Assembly (NCBI GenBank): GCA_964016885.1
Contig: OZ024742.1
Location: 163,060,001 to 163,124,000, forward strand
Direction of reading: 5' to 3'
Length of the DNA: 64,000 bases
From: Eledone cirrhosa
Lineage: Eukaryota
The notes under the pieces are model-generated. The model was not told the origin of the DNA, ran no database searches, and saw nothing but the letters and a program-made list of their open reading frames with translations. Shown in pieces: positions 53,235-64,000 of this stretch. Positions within the stretch are counted from its first letter, which is position 1; each line of letters starts with the position of its first letter. The translations under genes and the position numbers were made by a program.

Positions 53235-56200
53235 TTTTTTACAAATTATCTCCCCCTGATTTTTTTTTACAAATTATTTCCCCCTGATTTTTTTACAAAT
53301 TATCTCCCCCCTGATTTTTTTTACAATCTCCGCCTGATTTTTTAAAAAATTATCTTCCCTTGGCTGGCGGGAAATTATCTCCCCTTGGACGGCTGGAAAT
53401 TATATCCCCTTGGACGGCTGGAAATTACCTCCCCTTGGACATCTGGAAATTATCTGCCCTTGATTTTGTTTTTACAAATTATCTCCCCATGATTTTTTTT
53501 ACAAATTATCTCCACCTGATTTTTTAAAAAATTATCTCCCCTTGGACGGCTGGAAATTATCTCCCCTTGATTTTTTTTACAAATTATCTCCCCCTGATTT
53601 TTTTTTACAAATTATCTCCGCCTGATTTTTTTTTACAAATTATCTCCCCCTGATTTTTTTACAAATTTTCTCCCCTTGGCTGGCTGGAAATTATCTCCCC
53701 TTGGAGGCTGGAATTTATCTCCCCTTGGACGGCTAGAAATTACCTCTCCTTGGACGGCTGGAAAATATGTCTCCTTGGACGGCTGGATATTATCTACCCT
53801 TGGACGGCTGGAAATTATCTCCCCTTGGACGGCTGGAAATTATCTCCCCTTGGGCGGCTAGATATTACCTCCCCTTGGACGGCTGGAAATTATCTCCCCT
53901 TGATTTTTTTTACAAATTATCTCCCCCTGATTTTTTTTACGAATTATCTCCCCCTGATTTTTTTTTACAAATTATCTCCGCCTGATTTTTTTTTAAAAAT
54001 TATCTCCCCTTGAACGGCTGGAAATTATCTCCCCTTGGACGGCTGGAAATTATCTCCCCTTGGACGGCTAGAAATTACCTCTCCTTGGACGGCTGAAAAT
54101 TATCTCCCCTTGGACGGCTGCAAATTATCTCCCCTTGATTTTTTTAACAAATTATCTCCCCCTGATTTTTTTTTACAAATTATCTCCCCCTGATTTTTTT
54201 TTACAAATTATCTACGCCTAATTTTTTTTACAAATTATCTCCCCCTGATTTTTTTTTACAAATTATCTCCCCCTGATTTTTTTTACAAATTATCTCCCCC
54301 TGATTTTTTTTTACAAATTATCTCCCCCTGATTTTTTTACAAATTATCTCCCCCCTGATTTTTTTTACAATCTCCGCCTGATTTTTTTAAAAATTATCTT
54401 CCCTTGGCTGGCGGGAAATTATCTCCCCTTGGACGGCTGGAAATTATATCCCCTTGGAAGGATGGAAATTATCTCCCCTTGGACGGCTGGAAATTATCTC
54501 CCCTTGGACGGCTGGAAATTACCTCCCCTTGGACAGCTGGAACTTATCTGCCCTTGATTTTGTTTTTACAAATTATCTCCCCCTGATTTTTTTTACAAAT
54601 TATCTCCACCTGATTTTTTAAAAAATTATCTCCCCTTGGACGGCTGGAAATTATCTCCCCTTGATTTTTTTACAAATTATCTCCCCCTGATTTTTTTTAC
54701 AAATTATCTCCCCCTGATTTTTTTTTTACAAATTATCTCCCCCTGATTTTTTTACAAATTATCTCCCCCTGATTTTTTTTACAAATTATCTCCGCCTGAT
54801 TTTTTTAAATATTATCTTCCCTTGGCTGGCGGGAAATTATCTCCCCTTGGACGGCTGAAAATTATCTCCCCTTGGACGGCTGGAAATTATCTCCCCTTGA
54901 TTTTTTTTACAAATTATCTCCCCCTGATTATTTTTTACAAATTATCTTTCCCTGATTTTTTTTTACAAATTATCTCCCCCTGATTTTTTTTACAAATTAT
55001 CTCCCCCTGATTTTTTTACAAATTATCTCCCCTTGGCTGGCTGGAAATTATCTCCCCTTGGAGGCTGGAATTTATCTCCCCTTGGACGGCTGGAAATTAT
55101 CTCTCCTTGGACGGCTAGTAATTACCTCTCCTTGGACGGCTGGAAAATATGTCTCGTTGGAGGGCTGGAAATTATCTCCCCTTGGACGGCTGGAAATTAT
55201 CTCCCCTTGGACGGCTGGAAATTATCTCTCCTTGGACGGCTAGAAATTACCTCTCCTTGGACGGCTGAAAATTATCTCTCCTTGGACGGCTGGAAATTAT
55301 CTCCCCTTGGACGGCTAGATATTACCTCCCCTTGGACGGCTGGAAATTATCTCCCCTTGATTTTTTTTACAAATTATCTCCCCCTGATTTTTTTTACAAA
55401 TTATCTACACCTGATTTTTTTACAAATTATCTCCCCCTGATTTTTTTTACAAATTATCTCCGCCTCATTTTTTTAAATATTATCTTCCCTTGGCTGGCGG
55501 GAAATTATCTCCCCTTGGACGGCTGAAAATTATCTCCCCTTGGACGGCTGGAAATTATCTCCCCTTGATTTTTTTTACAAATTATCTCCCCCTGATTTTT
55601 TTTTACAAATTATCTCCCCCTGATTTTTTTTTACAAATTATCTCCCCCTGATTTTTTTTTACAAATTATCTCCCCCTGATTTTTTTTACAAATTATCTCC
55701 CCTTGGCTGGCTGGAAATTATCTCCCCTTGGAGGCTGGAATTTATCTCCCCTTGGACGGCTAGAAATTACCTCTCCTTGGACGGCTGGAAAATATGTCCT
55801 TGGACGGCTGGATATTATCTACCCTTGGACGGCTGGAAATTATCTCCCCTTGGACGGCTGGAAATTATCTCCCCTTGGACGGCTAGATATTATCTCCCCT
55901 TGGACGGCTGGAAATTATCTCCCCTTGATTTTTTTTACAAATTATCTCCCCCTGATTTTTTTTACAAATCTAATGATTTTTTAAAAAAAATTATCTCCCC
56001 TTCGCTGGCTGGAAATTATCTCCCCTTGGACGCTGGAAATTATAGCCCCTTGGAGGGCTGGAAATTATCTTCCCTTGGACGGCTGGAAATTATCTCCCCT
56101 TGGCTCGAAATTATCTCCCCTTGGACGGCTAGAAATTATCTCTCTTTGGACGGCTGGAAATTATCTCCCTTTGATTTTTTTTACAAATTATCTCCCCCTG

Positions 56201-59200
56201 ATTTTTTTTACAAATCTCCCCCTGATTTTTTAAAAAAAATTATCTCCCCTTCGCTGGCTGGAAATTATCTCCCCTTGGACACTGGAAATTATAGCCCTTT
56301 GGAGGGCTGGAAATTATCTTACCTTGGACGGCTGGAAGTTATCTCTGCTTGATTTTTTTTACAAATTATCTCCCCCTGATTTTTTTTTTACAAATTATCC
56401 CCCCCGATTTTTTTTACAAATTATCTCCCCCTGATTTTTTTTACAAATTATCTCCCCTTGGACGGCTGGAAATTATCTCCCCTTGGACGGCTGGAAATTA
56501 TCTCTCCTTGGACGGCTAGAAATTACCTCCCCTTGGACGACTGAAAATTATCTCCCCTTGGACGGCTGCAAATTATCTCCCCTTGATTTTTTTTACAAAT
56601 TATCTCCGCCTGATTTTTTTTAAAAAATTATCTCCCCTTGGACGGCTGGAAATTACCTCCCCTTGGACGGCTGGAAATTATCTCCCCTTGGACGGCTAGA
56701 AATTACCTCTCATTGGACGGCTGAAAATTATCTCCCCTTGGACGGCTGGAAATTATCTCCCCTTGATTTTTTTACAAATTATCTCCCCCTGATTTTTTTT
56801 ACAAATTATCTCCCCCTGATTTTTTTTTTACAAATTATCTCCCCCTGATTTTTTTACAAATTATCTCCCCCTGATTTTTTTTACAAATTATCTCCGCCTG
56901 ATTTTTTAAATATTATCTTCCCTTGGCTGGCGGGAAATTATCTCCCCTCGGACGGCTGAAAATTATCTCCCCTTGGACGGCTGGAAATTATCTCCCCTTG
57001 ATTTTTTTTACAAATTATCTCCCCCTGATTTTTTTTTACAAATTATCTCCCCCTGATTTTTTTTACAAATTATCTCCCCCTGATTTTTTTTTACAAATTA
57101 TCTGCCCCTGATTTTTTTTACAAATTATCTCCCCCTGATTTTTTTACAAATTATCTCCCCTTGGCTGGCTGGAAATTATCTCCCCTTGCAGGCTGGAATT
57201 TATCTCCCCTTGGACGGCTAGAAATTACCTCTCCTTGGACGGCTGGAAAATATTTCTCCTTGGACGGCTGGATATTATCTACCCTTGGACGGGTGGAAAT
57301 TATCTCCCCTTGGACGGCTGGAAATTATCTCCCCTTGGACGGCTAGATATTACCTCCCCTTGGACGGCTGGAAATTATCTCCCCTTGATTTTTTTTACAA
57401 ATTATCTCCCCCTGATTTTTTTTTTACAAATTATCTCCCCCTGATTTTTTTACAAATTATCTCCCCCTGATTTTTTTTACAAATTATCTCCGCCTGATTT
57501 TTTTAAATATTATCTTCTCTTGGCTGGCGGGAAATCATCTCCCCTTGGACGGCTGAAAATTATCTCCCCTTGGACGGCTGGAAATTATCTCCCCTTGATT
57601 TTTTTTACAAATTATCTCCCCCTGATTTTTTTTACAAATTATCTCCCCCTGATTTTTTTTTACAAATTATCTCCCCCTGATTTTTTTTTACAAATTATCT
57701 CCCCCTGATTTTTTTTACAAATTATCTCCCCCTGATTTTTTTACAAATTATCTCCCCTTGGCTGGCTGGAAATTATCTCCCCTTGGAGGCTGGAATTTAT
57801 CTCCCCTTGGACGGCTAGAAATTACCTCTCCTTGGACGGCTGGAAAATATGTCCTTGGACGGCTGGATATTATCTACCCTTGGACGGCTGGAAATTATCT
57901 CCCCTTGGACGGCTGGAAATTATCTCCCCTTGGACGGCTAGATATTACCTCCCCTTGGACGGCTGGAAATTATCTCCCCTTGATTTTTTTTACAAATTAT
58001 CTCCCCCTGATTTTTTTTTACAAATTATCTCCCCCTGATTTTTTTTTACAAATTATCTACCCCTGATTTTTTTTTACAAATTATCTCCCCCTGATTTTTT
58101 TTTACAAATTATTTCCCCCTGATTTTTTTACAAATTATCTCCCCCCTGATTTTTTTTACAATCTCCGCCTGATTTTTTAAAAAATTATCTTCCCTTGGCT
58201 GGCGGGAAATTATCTCCCCTTGGACGGCTGGAAATTATATCCCCTTGGACGGCTGGAAATTACCTCCCCTTGGACATCTGGAAATTATCTGCCCTTGATT
58301 TTGTTTTTACAAATTATCTCCCCCTGATTTTTTTTACAAATTATCTCCACCTGATTTTTTAAAAAATTATCTCCCCTTGGACGGCTGGAAATTATCTCCC
58401 CTTTATTTTTTTTACAAATTATCTCCCCCTGATTTTTTTTTACAAATTATCTCCGCCTGATTTTTTTTTACAAATTATCTCCCCCTGATTTTTTTACAAA
58501 TTTTCTCCCCTTGGCTGGCTGGAAATTATCTCCCCTTGGAGGCTGGAATTTATCTCCCCTTGGACGGCTAGAAATTACCTCTCCTTGGACGGCTGGAAAA
58601 TATGTCTCCTTGGACGGCTGGATATTATCTACCCTTGGACGGCTGGAAATTATCTCCCCTTGGACGGCTGGAAATTATCTCCCCTTGGGCGGCTAGATAT
58701 TACCTCCCCTTGGACGGCTGGAAATTATCTCCCCTTGATTTTTTTTACAAATTATCTCCCCCTGATTTTTTTTACGAATTATCTCCCCCTGATTTTTTTT
58801 TACAAATTATCTCCGCCTGATTTTTTTTTTAAAATTATCTCCCCTTAAACGGCTGGAAATTATCTCCCCTTGGACGGCTGGAAATTATCTCCCCTTGGAC
58901 GGCTAGAAATTACCTCTCCTTGGACGGCTGAAAATTATCTCCCCTTGGACGGCTGCAAATTATCTCCCCTTGATTTTTTTAACAAATTATCTCCCCCTGA
59001 TTTTTTTTTACAAATTATCTCCCCCTGATTTTTTTTTACAAATTATCTACGCCTAATTTTTTTTACAAATTATCTCCCCCTGATTTTTTTTTACAAATTA
59101 TCTCCCCCTGATTTTTTTTACAAATTATCTCCCCCTGATTTTTTTTTACAAATTATCTCCCCCTGATTTTTTTACAAATTATCTCCCCCCTGATTTTTTT

Positions 59201-62200
59201 TACAATCTCCGCCTGATTTTTTTAAAAATTATCTTCCCTTGGCTGGCGGGAAATTATCTCCCCTTGGACGGCTGGAAATTATATCCCCTTGGAAGGATGG
59301 AAATTATCTCCCCTTGGACGGCTGGAAATTATCTCCCCTTGGACGGCTGGAAATTACCTCCCCTTGGACAGCTGGAAATTATCTGCCCTTGATTTTGTTT
59401 TTACAAATTATCTCCCCCTGATTTTTTTTACAAATTATCTCCACCTGATTTTTTAAAAAATTATCTCCCCTTGGACGGCTGGAAATTATCTCCCCTTGAT
59501 TTTTTTACAAATTATCTCCCCCTGATTTTTTTTACAAATTATCTCCCCCTGATTTTTTTTTTACAAATTATCTCCCCCTGATTTTTTTACAAATTATCTC
59601 CCCCTGATTTTTTTTACAAATTATCTCCGCCTGATTTTTTTAAATATTATCTTCCCTTGGCTGGCGGGAAATTATCTCCCCTTGGACGGCTGAAAATTAT
59701 CTCCCCTTGGACGGCTGGAAATTATCTCCCCTTGATTTTTTTTACAAATTATCTCCCCCTGATTATTTTTTACAAATTATCTTTCCCTGATTTTTTTTTA
59801 CAAATTATCTCCCCCTGATTTTTTTTACAAATTATCTCCCCCTGATTTTTTTACAAATTATCTCCCCTTGGCTGGCTGGAAATTATCTCCCCTTGGAGGC
59901 TGGAATTTATCTCCCCTTGGACGGCTGGAAATTATCTCTCCTTGGACGGCTAGTAATTACCTCTCCTTGGACGGCTGGAAAATATGTCTCGTTGGAGGGC
60001 TGGAAATTATCTCCCCTTGGACGGCTGGAAATTATCTCCCCTTGGACGGCTGGAAATTATCTCTCCTTGGACGGCTAGAAATTACCTCTCCTTGGACGGC
60101 TGAAAATTATCTCTCCTTGGACGGCTGGAAATTATCTCCCCTTGGACGGCTAGATATTACCTCCCCTTGGACGGCTGGAAATTATCTCCCCTTGATTTTT
60201 TTTACAAATTATCTCCCCCTGATTTTTTTACAAATTATCTACACCTGATTTTTTTACAAATTATCTCCCCCTGATTTTTTTTACAAATTATCTCCGCCTC
60301 ATTTTTTTAAATATTATCTTCCCTTGGCTGGCGGGAAATTATCTCCCCTTGGACGGCTGAAAATTATCTCCCCTTGGACGGCTGGAAATTATCTCCCCTT
60401 GATTTTTTTTACAAATTATCTCCCCCTGATTTTTTTTTACAAATTATCTCCCCCTGATTTTTTTTTACAAATTATCTCCCCCTGATTTTTTTTTACAAAT
60501 TATCTCCCCCTGATTTTTTTTACAAATTATCTCCCCTTGGCTGGCTGGAAATTATCTCCCCTTGGAGGCTGGAATTTATCTCCCCTTGGACGGCTAGAAA
60601 TTACCTCTCCTTGGACGGCTGGAAAATATGTCCTTGGACGGCTGGATATTATCTACCCTTGGACGGCTGGAAATTATCTCCCCTTGGACGGCTGGAAATT
60701 ATCTCCCCTTGGAAGGCTAGATATTATCTCCCCTTGGACGGCTGGAAATTATCTCCCCTTGATTTTTTTTACAAATTATCTCCCCCTGATTTTTTTTACA
60801 AATCTAATGATTTTTTAAAAAAATTATCTCCCCTTCGCTGGCTGGAAATTATCTCCCCTTGGACGCTGGAAATTATAGCCCCTTGGAGGGCTGGAAATTA
60901 TCTTCCCTTGGACGGCTGGAAATTATCTCCCCTTGGCTCGAAATTATCTCCCCTTGGACGGCTAGAAATTATCTCTCTTTGGACGGCTGGAAATTATCTC
61001 CCTTTGATTTTTTTTACAAATTATCTCCCCCTGATTTTTTTTACAAATCTCCCCCTGATTTTTTAAAAAAAATTATCTCCCCTTCGCTGGCTGGAAATTA
61101 TCTCCCCTTGGACACTGGAAATTATAGCCCCTTGGAGGGCTGGAAATTATCTTACCTTGGACGGCTGGAAGTTATCTCTGCTTGATTTTTTTTACAAATT
61201 ATCTCCCCCTGATTTTTTTTTTACAAATTATCCCCCCCGATTTTTTTTACAAATTATCTCCCCCTGATTTTTTTTACAAATTATCTCCCCTTGGACGGCT
61301 GGAAATTATCTCCCCTTGGACGGCTGGAAATTATCTCTCCTTGGACGGCTAGAAATTACCTCCCCTTGGACGACTGAAAATTATCTCCCCTTGGACGGCT
61401 GCAAATTATCTCCCCTTGATTTTTTTTACAAATTATCTCCGCCTGATTTTTTTTAAAAAATTATCTCCCCTTGGACGGCTGGAAATTACCTCCCCTTGGA
61501 CGGCTGGAAATTATCTCCCCTTGGACGGCTAGAAATTACCTCTCATTGGACGGCTGAAAATTATCTCCCCTTGGACGGCTGGAAATTATCTCCCCTTGAT
61601 TTTTTTACAAATTATCTCCCCCTGATTTTTTTTACAAATTATCTCCCCCTGATTTTTTTTTTACAAATTATCTCCCCCTGATTTTTTTACAAATTATCTC
61701 CCCCTGATTTTTTTTACAAATTATCTCCGCCTGATTTTTTAAATATTATCTTCCCTTGGCTGGCGGGAAATTATCTCCCCTCGGACGGCTGAAAATTATC
61801 TCCCCTTGGACGGCTGGAAATTATCTCCCCTTGATTTTTTTTACAAATTATCTCCCCCTGATTTTTTTTTACAAATTATCTCCCCCTGATTTTTTTTACA
61901 AATTATCTCCCCCTGATTTTTTTTTACAAATTATCTGCCCCTGATTTTTTTTACAAATTATCTCCCCCTGATTTTTTTACAAATTATCTCCCCTTGGCTG
62001 GCTGGAAATTATCTCCCCTTGCAGGCTGGAATTTATCTCCCCTTGGACGGCTAGAAATTACCTCTCCTTGGACGGCTGGAAAATATTTCTCCTTGGACGG
62101 CTGGATATTATCTACCCTTGGACGGGTGGAAATTATCTCCCCTTGGACGGCTGGAAATTATCTCCCCTTGGACGGCTAGATATTACCTCCCCTTGGACGG

Positions 62201-62935
62201 CTGGAAATTATCTCCCCTTGATTTTTTTTACAAATTATCTCCCCCTGATTTTTTTTTTACAAATTATCTCCCCCTGATTTTTTTACAAATTATCTCCCCC
62301 TGATTTTTTTTACAAATTATCTCCGCCTGATTTTTTTAAATATTATCTTCTCTTGGCTGGCGGGAAATCATCTCCCCTTGGACGGCTGAAAATTATCTCC
62401 CCTTGGACGGCTGGAAATTATCTCCCCTTGATTTTTTTTACAAATTATCTCCCCCTGATTTTTTTTTACAAATTATCTCCCCCTGATTTTTTTTTACAAA
62501 TTATCTCCCCCTGATTTTTTTTTACAAATTATCTCCCCCTGATTTTTTTTACAAATTATCTCCCCCTGATTTTTTTACAAATTATCTCCCCTTGGCTGGC
62601 TGGAAATTATCTCCCCTTGGAGGCTGGAATTTATCTCCCCTTGGACGGCTAGAAATTACCTCTCCTTGGACGGCTGGAAAATATGTCCTTGGACGGCTGG
62701 ATATTATCTACCCTTGGACGGCTGGAAATTATCTCCCCTTGGACGGCTGGAAATTATCTCCCCTTGGACGGCTAGATATTACCTCCCCTTGGACGGCTGG
62801 AAATTATCTCCCCTTGATTTTTTTTACAAATTATCTCCCCCTGATTTTTTTTTACAAATTATCTCCCCCTGATTTTTTTTTACAAATTATCTACCCCTGA
62901 TTTTTTTTTACAAATTATCTCCCCCTGATTTTTTT
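53235..62935. repeat. ~4835-bp tandem duplication
   Basis: ORF pairs 53676/58511, 54404/59239 and 55033/59868 differ by 4835; 56663/61496 and 57161/61994 by 4833. Both copies carry GGACATCTGG, TTGGGCGGCTAG, TTGCAGGCTGG and GGAAGTTATC. Confidence 0.92.
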
Positions 62936-64000
62936 TAGAAATTATCTCTCCCTGATTTTTTTTTACAAATTATCTCCCCCTGATTTTTTTTTACAAATTA
63001 TCTACCCCTGATTTTTTTTTTACAAATTATCTCCCCCTGATTTTTTTTACAAATTATCTCCCCCTGATTTTTTTTACAAATTATCTCCCCCTGATTTTTT
63101 TACAAATTATCTCCCCCCGATTTTTTTTACAAATTATCTCCGCCTAATTTTTTTAAATATTATCTTCCCTTGGCTGGCGGGAAATTATCTCCCCTTGGAC
63201 GGCTGGAAATTATCTCCCCTTGATTTTTTTTACAAATTATCTCCCCCTGATTTTTTTTTACAAATTACCTCCCCCTGATTTTTTTTTAAGAATTATCTCC
63301 CCCTGATTTTTTTTTACAAATTATCTCCGCCTGATTTTTTTTTAAAAATTATCTCCCCTTGAACGGCTGGAAATTATCTCCCCTTGGACGGCTGGAAATT
63401 ATCTCCCCTTGGACGGCTAGAAATTACCTCTCCTTGGACGGCTGAAAATTATCTCCCCTTGGACGGCTGCAAATTATCTCCCCTTGATTTTTTAACAAAT
63501 TATCTCCCCCTGATTTTTTTTTACAAATTATCTCCCCCTGATTTTTTTTTACAAATTATCTACGCCTAAGTTTTTTTACAAATTATCTCCCCCTGATTTT
63601 TTTTTACAAATTATCTGCCCCTGATTTTTTTTACAAATTATCTCCCCCTGATTTTTTTACAAATTATCTCCCCTTGGCTGGCTGGAAATTATCTCCCCTT
63701 GCAGGCTGGAATTTATCTCCCCTTGGACGGCTAGAAATTACCTCTCCTTGGACGGCTGGAAAATATTTCTCCTTGGACGGCTGGATATTATCTACCCTTG
63801 GACGGGTGGAAATTATCTCCCCTTGGACGGCTGGAAATTATCTCCCCTTGGACGGCTAGATATTACCTCCCCTTGGACGGCTGGAAATTATCTCCCCTTG
63901 ATTTTTTTTACAAATTATCTCCCCCTGATTTTTTTTTTACAAATTATCTCCTCCTGATTTTTTTACAAATTATCTCCCCCTGATTTTTTTTACAAATTAT
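61900..64000. repeat. 1680-bp offset duplication, second copy truncated by the window end
   Basis: ORF pairs 61994/63674, 62068/63748 and 62118/63798. The rare TTGCAGGCTGG variant occurs at ~62019 and ~63699. Confidence 0.82.

Larger units (their letters stand above)
1..64000. repeat. Composite tandem satellite array of 25-bp A monomers and 26-29-bp B monomers sharing the core AAATTATCTCCCC; runs off both window ends
   Basis: The core or a 1-2 nt variant recurs every ~24-29 bp from the first base to the last. It is followed by TTGGACGGCTGG (A) or CTGA-T7-10-AC (B). I saw no non-repeat interruption and no reverse-complement copy (GGGGAGATAATTT) on the + strand. Confidence 0.99.

Noticed and set aside
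95-63983. The many short + strand ORFs (60-224 aa) as a repetitive protein family
   Set aside because: The 25-mer has no stop codon on the + strand and rotates through the frames, giving the same peptide (LDGWKLSP-LGRLEIISP-WTAGNYLP) in all three. The minus strand has TAA in every unit, which explains the strand bias. Most starts are TTG, and ORF ends depend on T-run length.
1-64000. CRISPR array (constant core with variable intervening sequence)
   Set aside because: The intervening parts are only 9-13 nt and fall into two repeated classes rather than unique spacers. The core is too short, and there is no leader or cas gene.
1-64000. Telomerase-made long telomeric repeat, like the 23-25-bp budding-yeast units
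   Set aside because: Unit size is similar, but two monomer types, ordered variants and kb-scale duplications over at least 64 kb indicate recombinational amplification rather than templated addition.
1-64000. Canonical G-quadruplex array or strongly phased DNA curvature
   Set aside because: G-runs on the minus strand are ~21-23 nt apart, longer than canonical loops. The T-tract period of 26-29 bp is about 2.5-2.7 helical turns, so it is not in phase.
1-64000. Assignment to a named satellite or transposon family, taxon, or centromere
   Set aside because: TTATCTCCC(C)TT-like motifs remind me of repeats from invertebrate genomes, but I cannot verify this without a database search. No terminal structures or flanking sequence are visible.
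1-64000. Whole window as a sequencing or concatemer artefact
   Set aside because: Hierarchically shared private variants and additive offsets fit an evolutionary history rather than random error. Individual near-perfect duplications still need read support.

Overview
The whole 64 kb window is one uninterrupted, head-to-tail satellite DNA array in a single orientation. I see no unique sequence, genes, RNA genes or transposase. It is built from two short monomers that share a 13-bp core, AAATTATCTCCCC. Type A is 25 bp (AAATTATCTCCCCTTGGACGGCTGG) and type B is 26-29 bp (AAATTATCTCCCCCTGA-T7-10-AC); length divided by unit size suggests roughly 2,400 monomers. The monomers alternate in runs. The A-runs come from a small vocabulary of ordered blocks, each with its own diagnostic variants and its own preceding B linker. 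These blocks are nested in near-identical duplications with offsets of about 754, 1148, 1680, 2852, 3154, 3368, 4835, ~6080, 8197, 8746, 13579 and 20148/23516 bp. All listed ORFs are artefacts of the stop-free 25-mer on the + strand. The best reading is a young, actively remodelled composite satellite with variable higher-order repeats, most likely eukaryotic heterochromatin. Organism and function cannot be determined from the sequence alone. Offsets come from the ORF track and were spot-checked by eye; boundaries are approximate.
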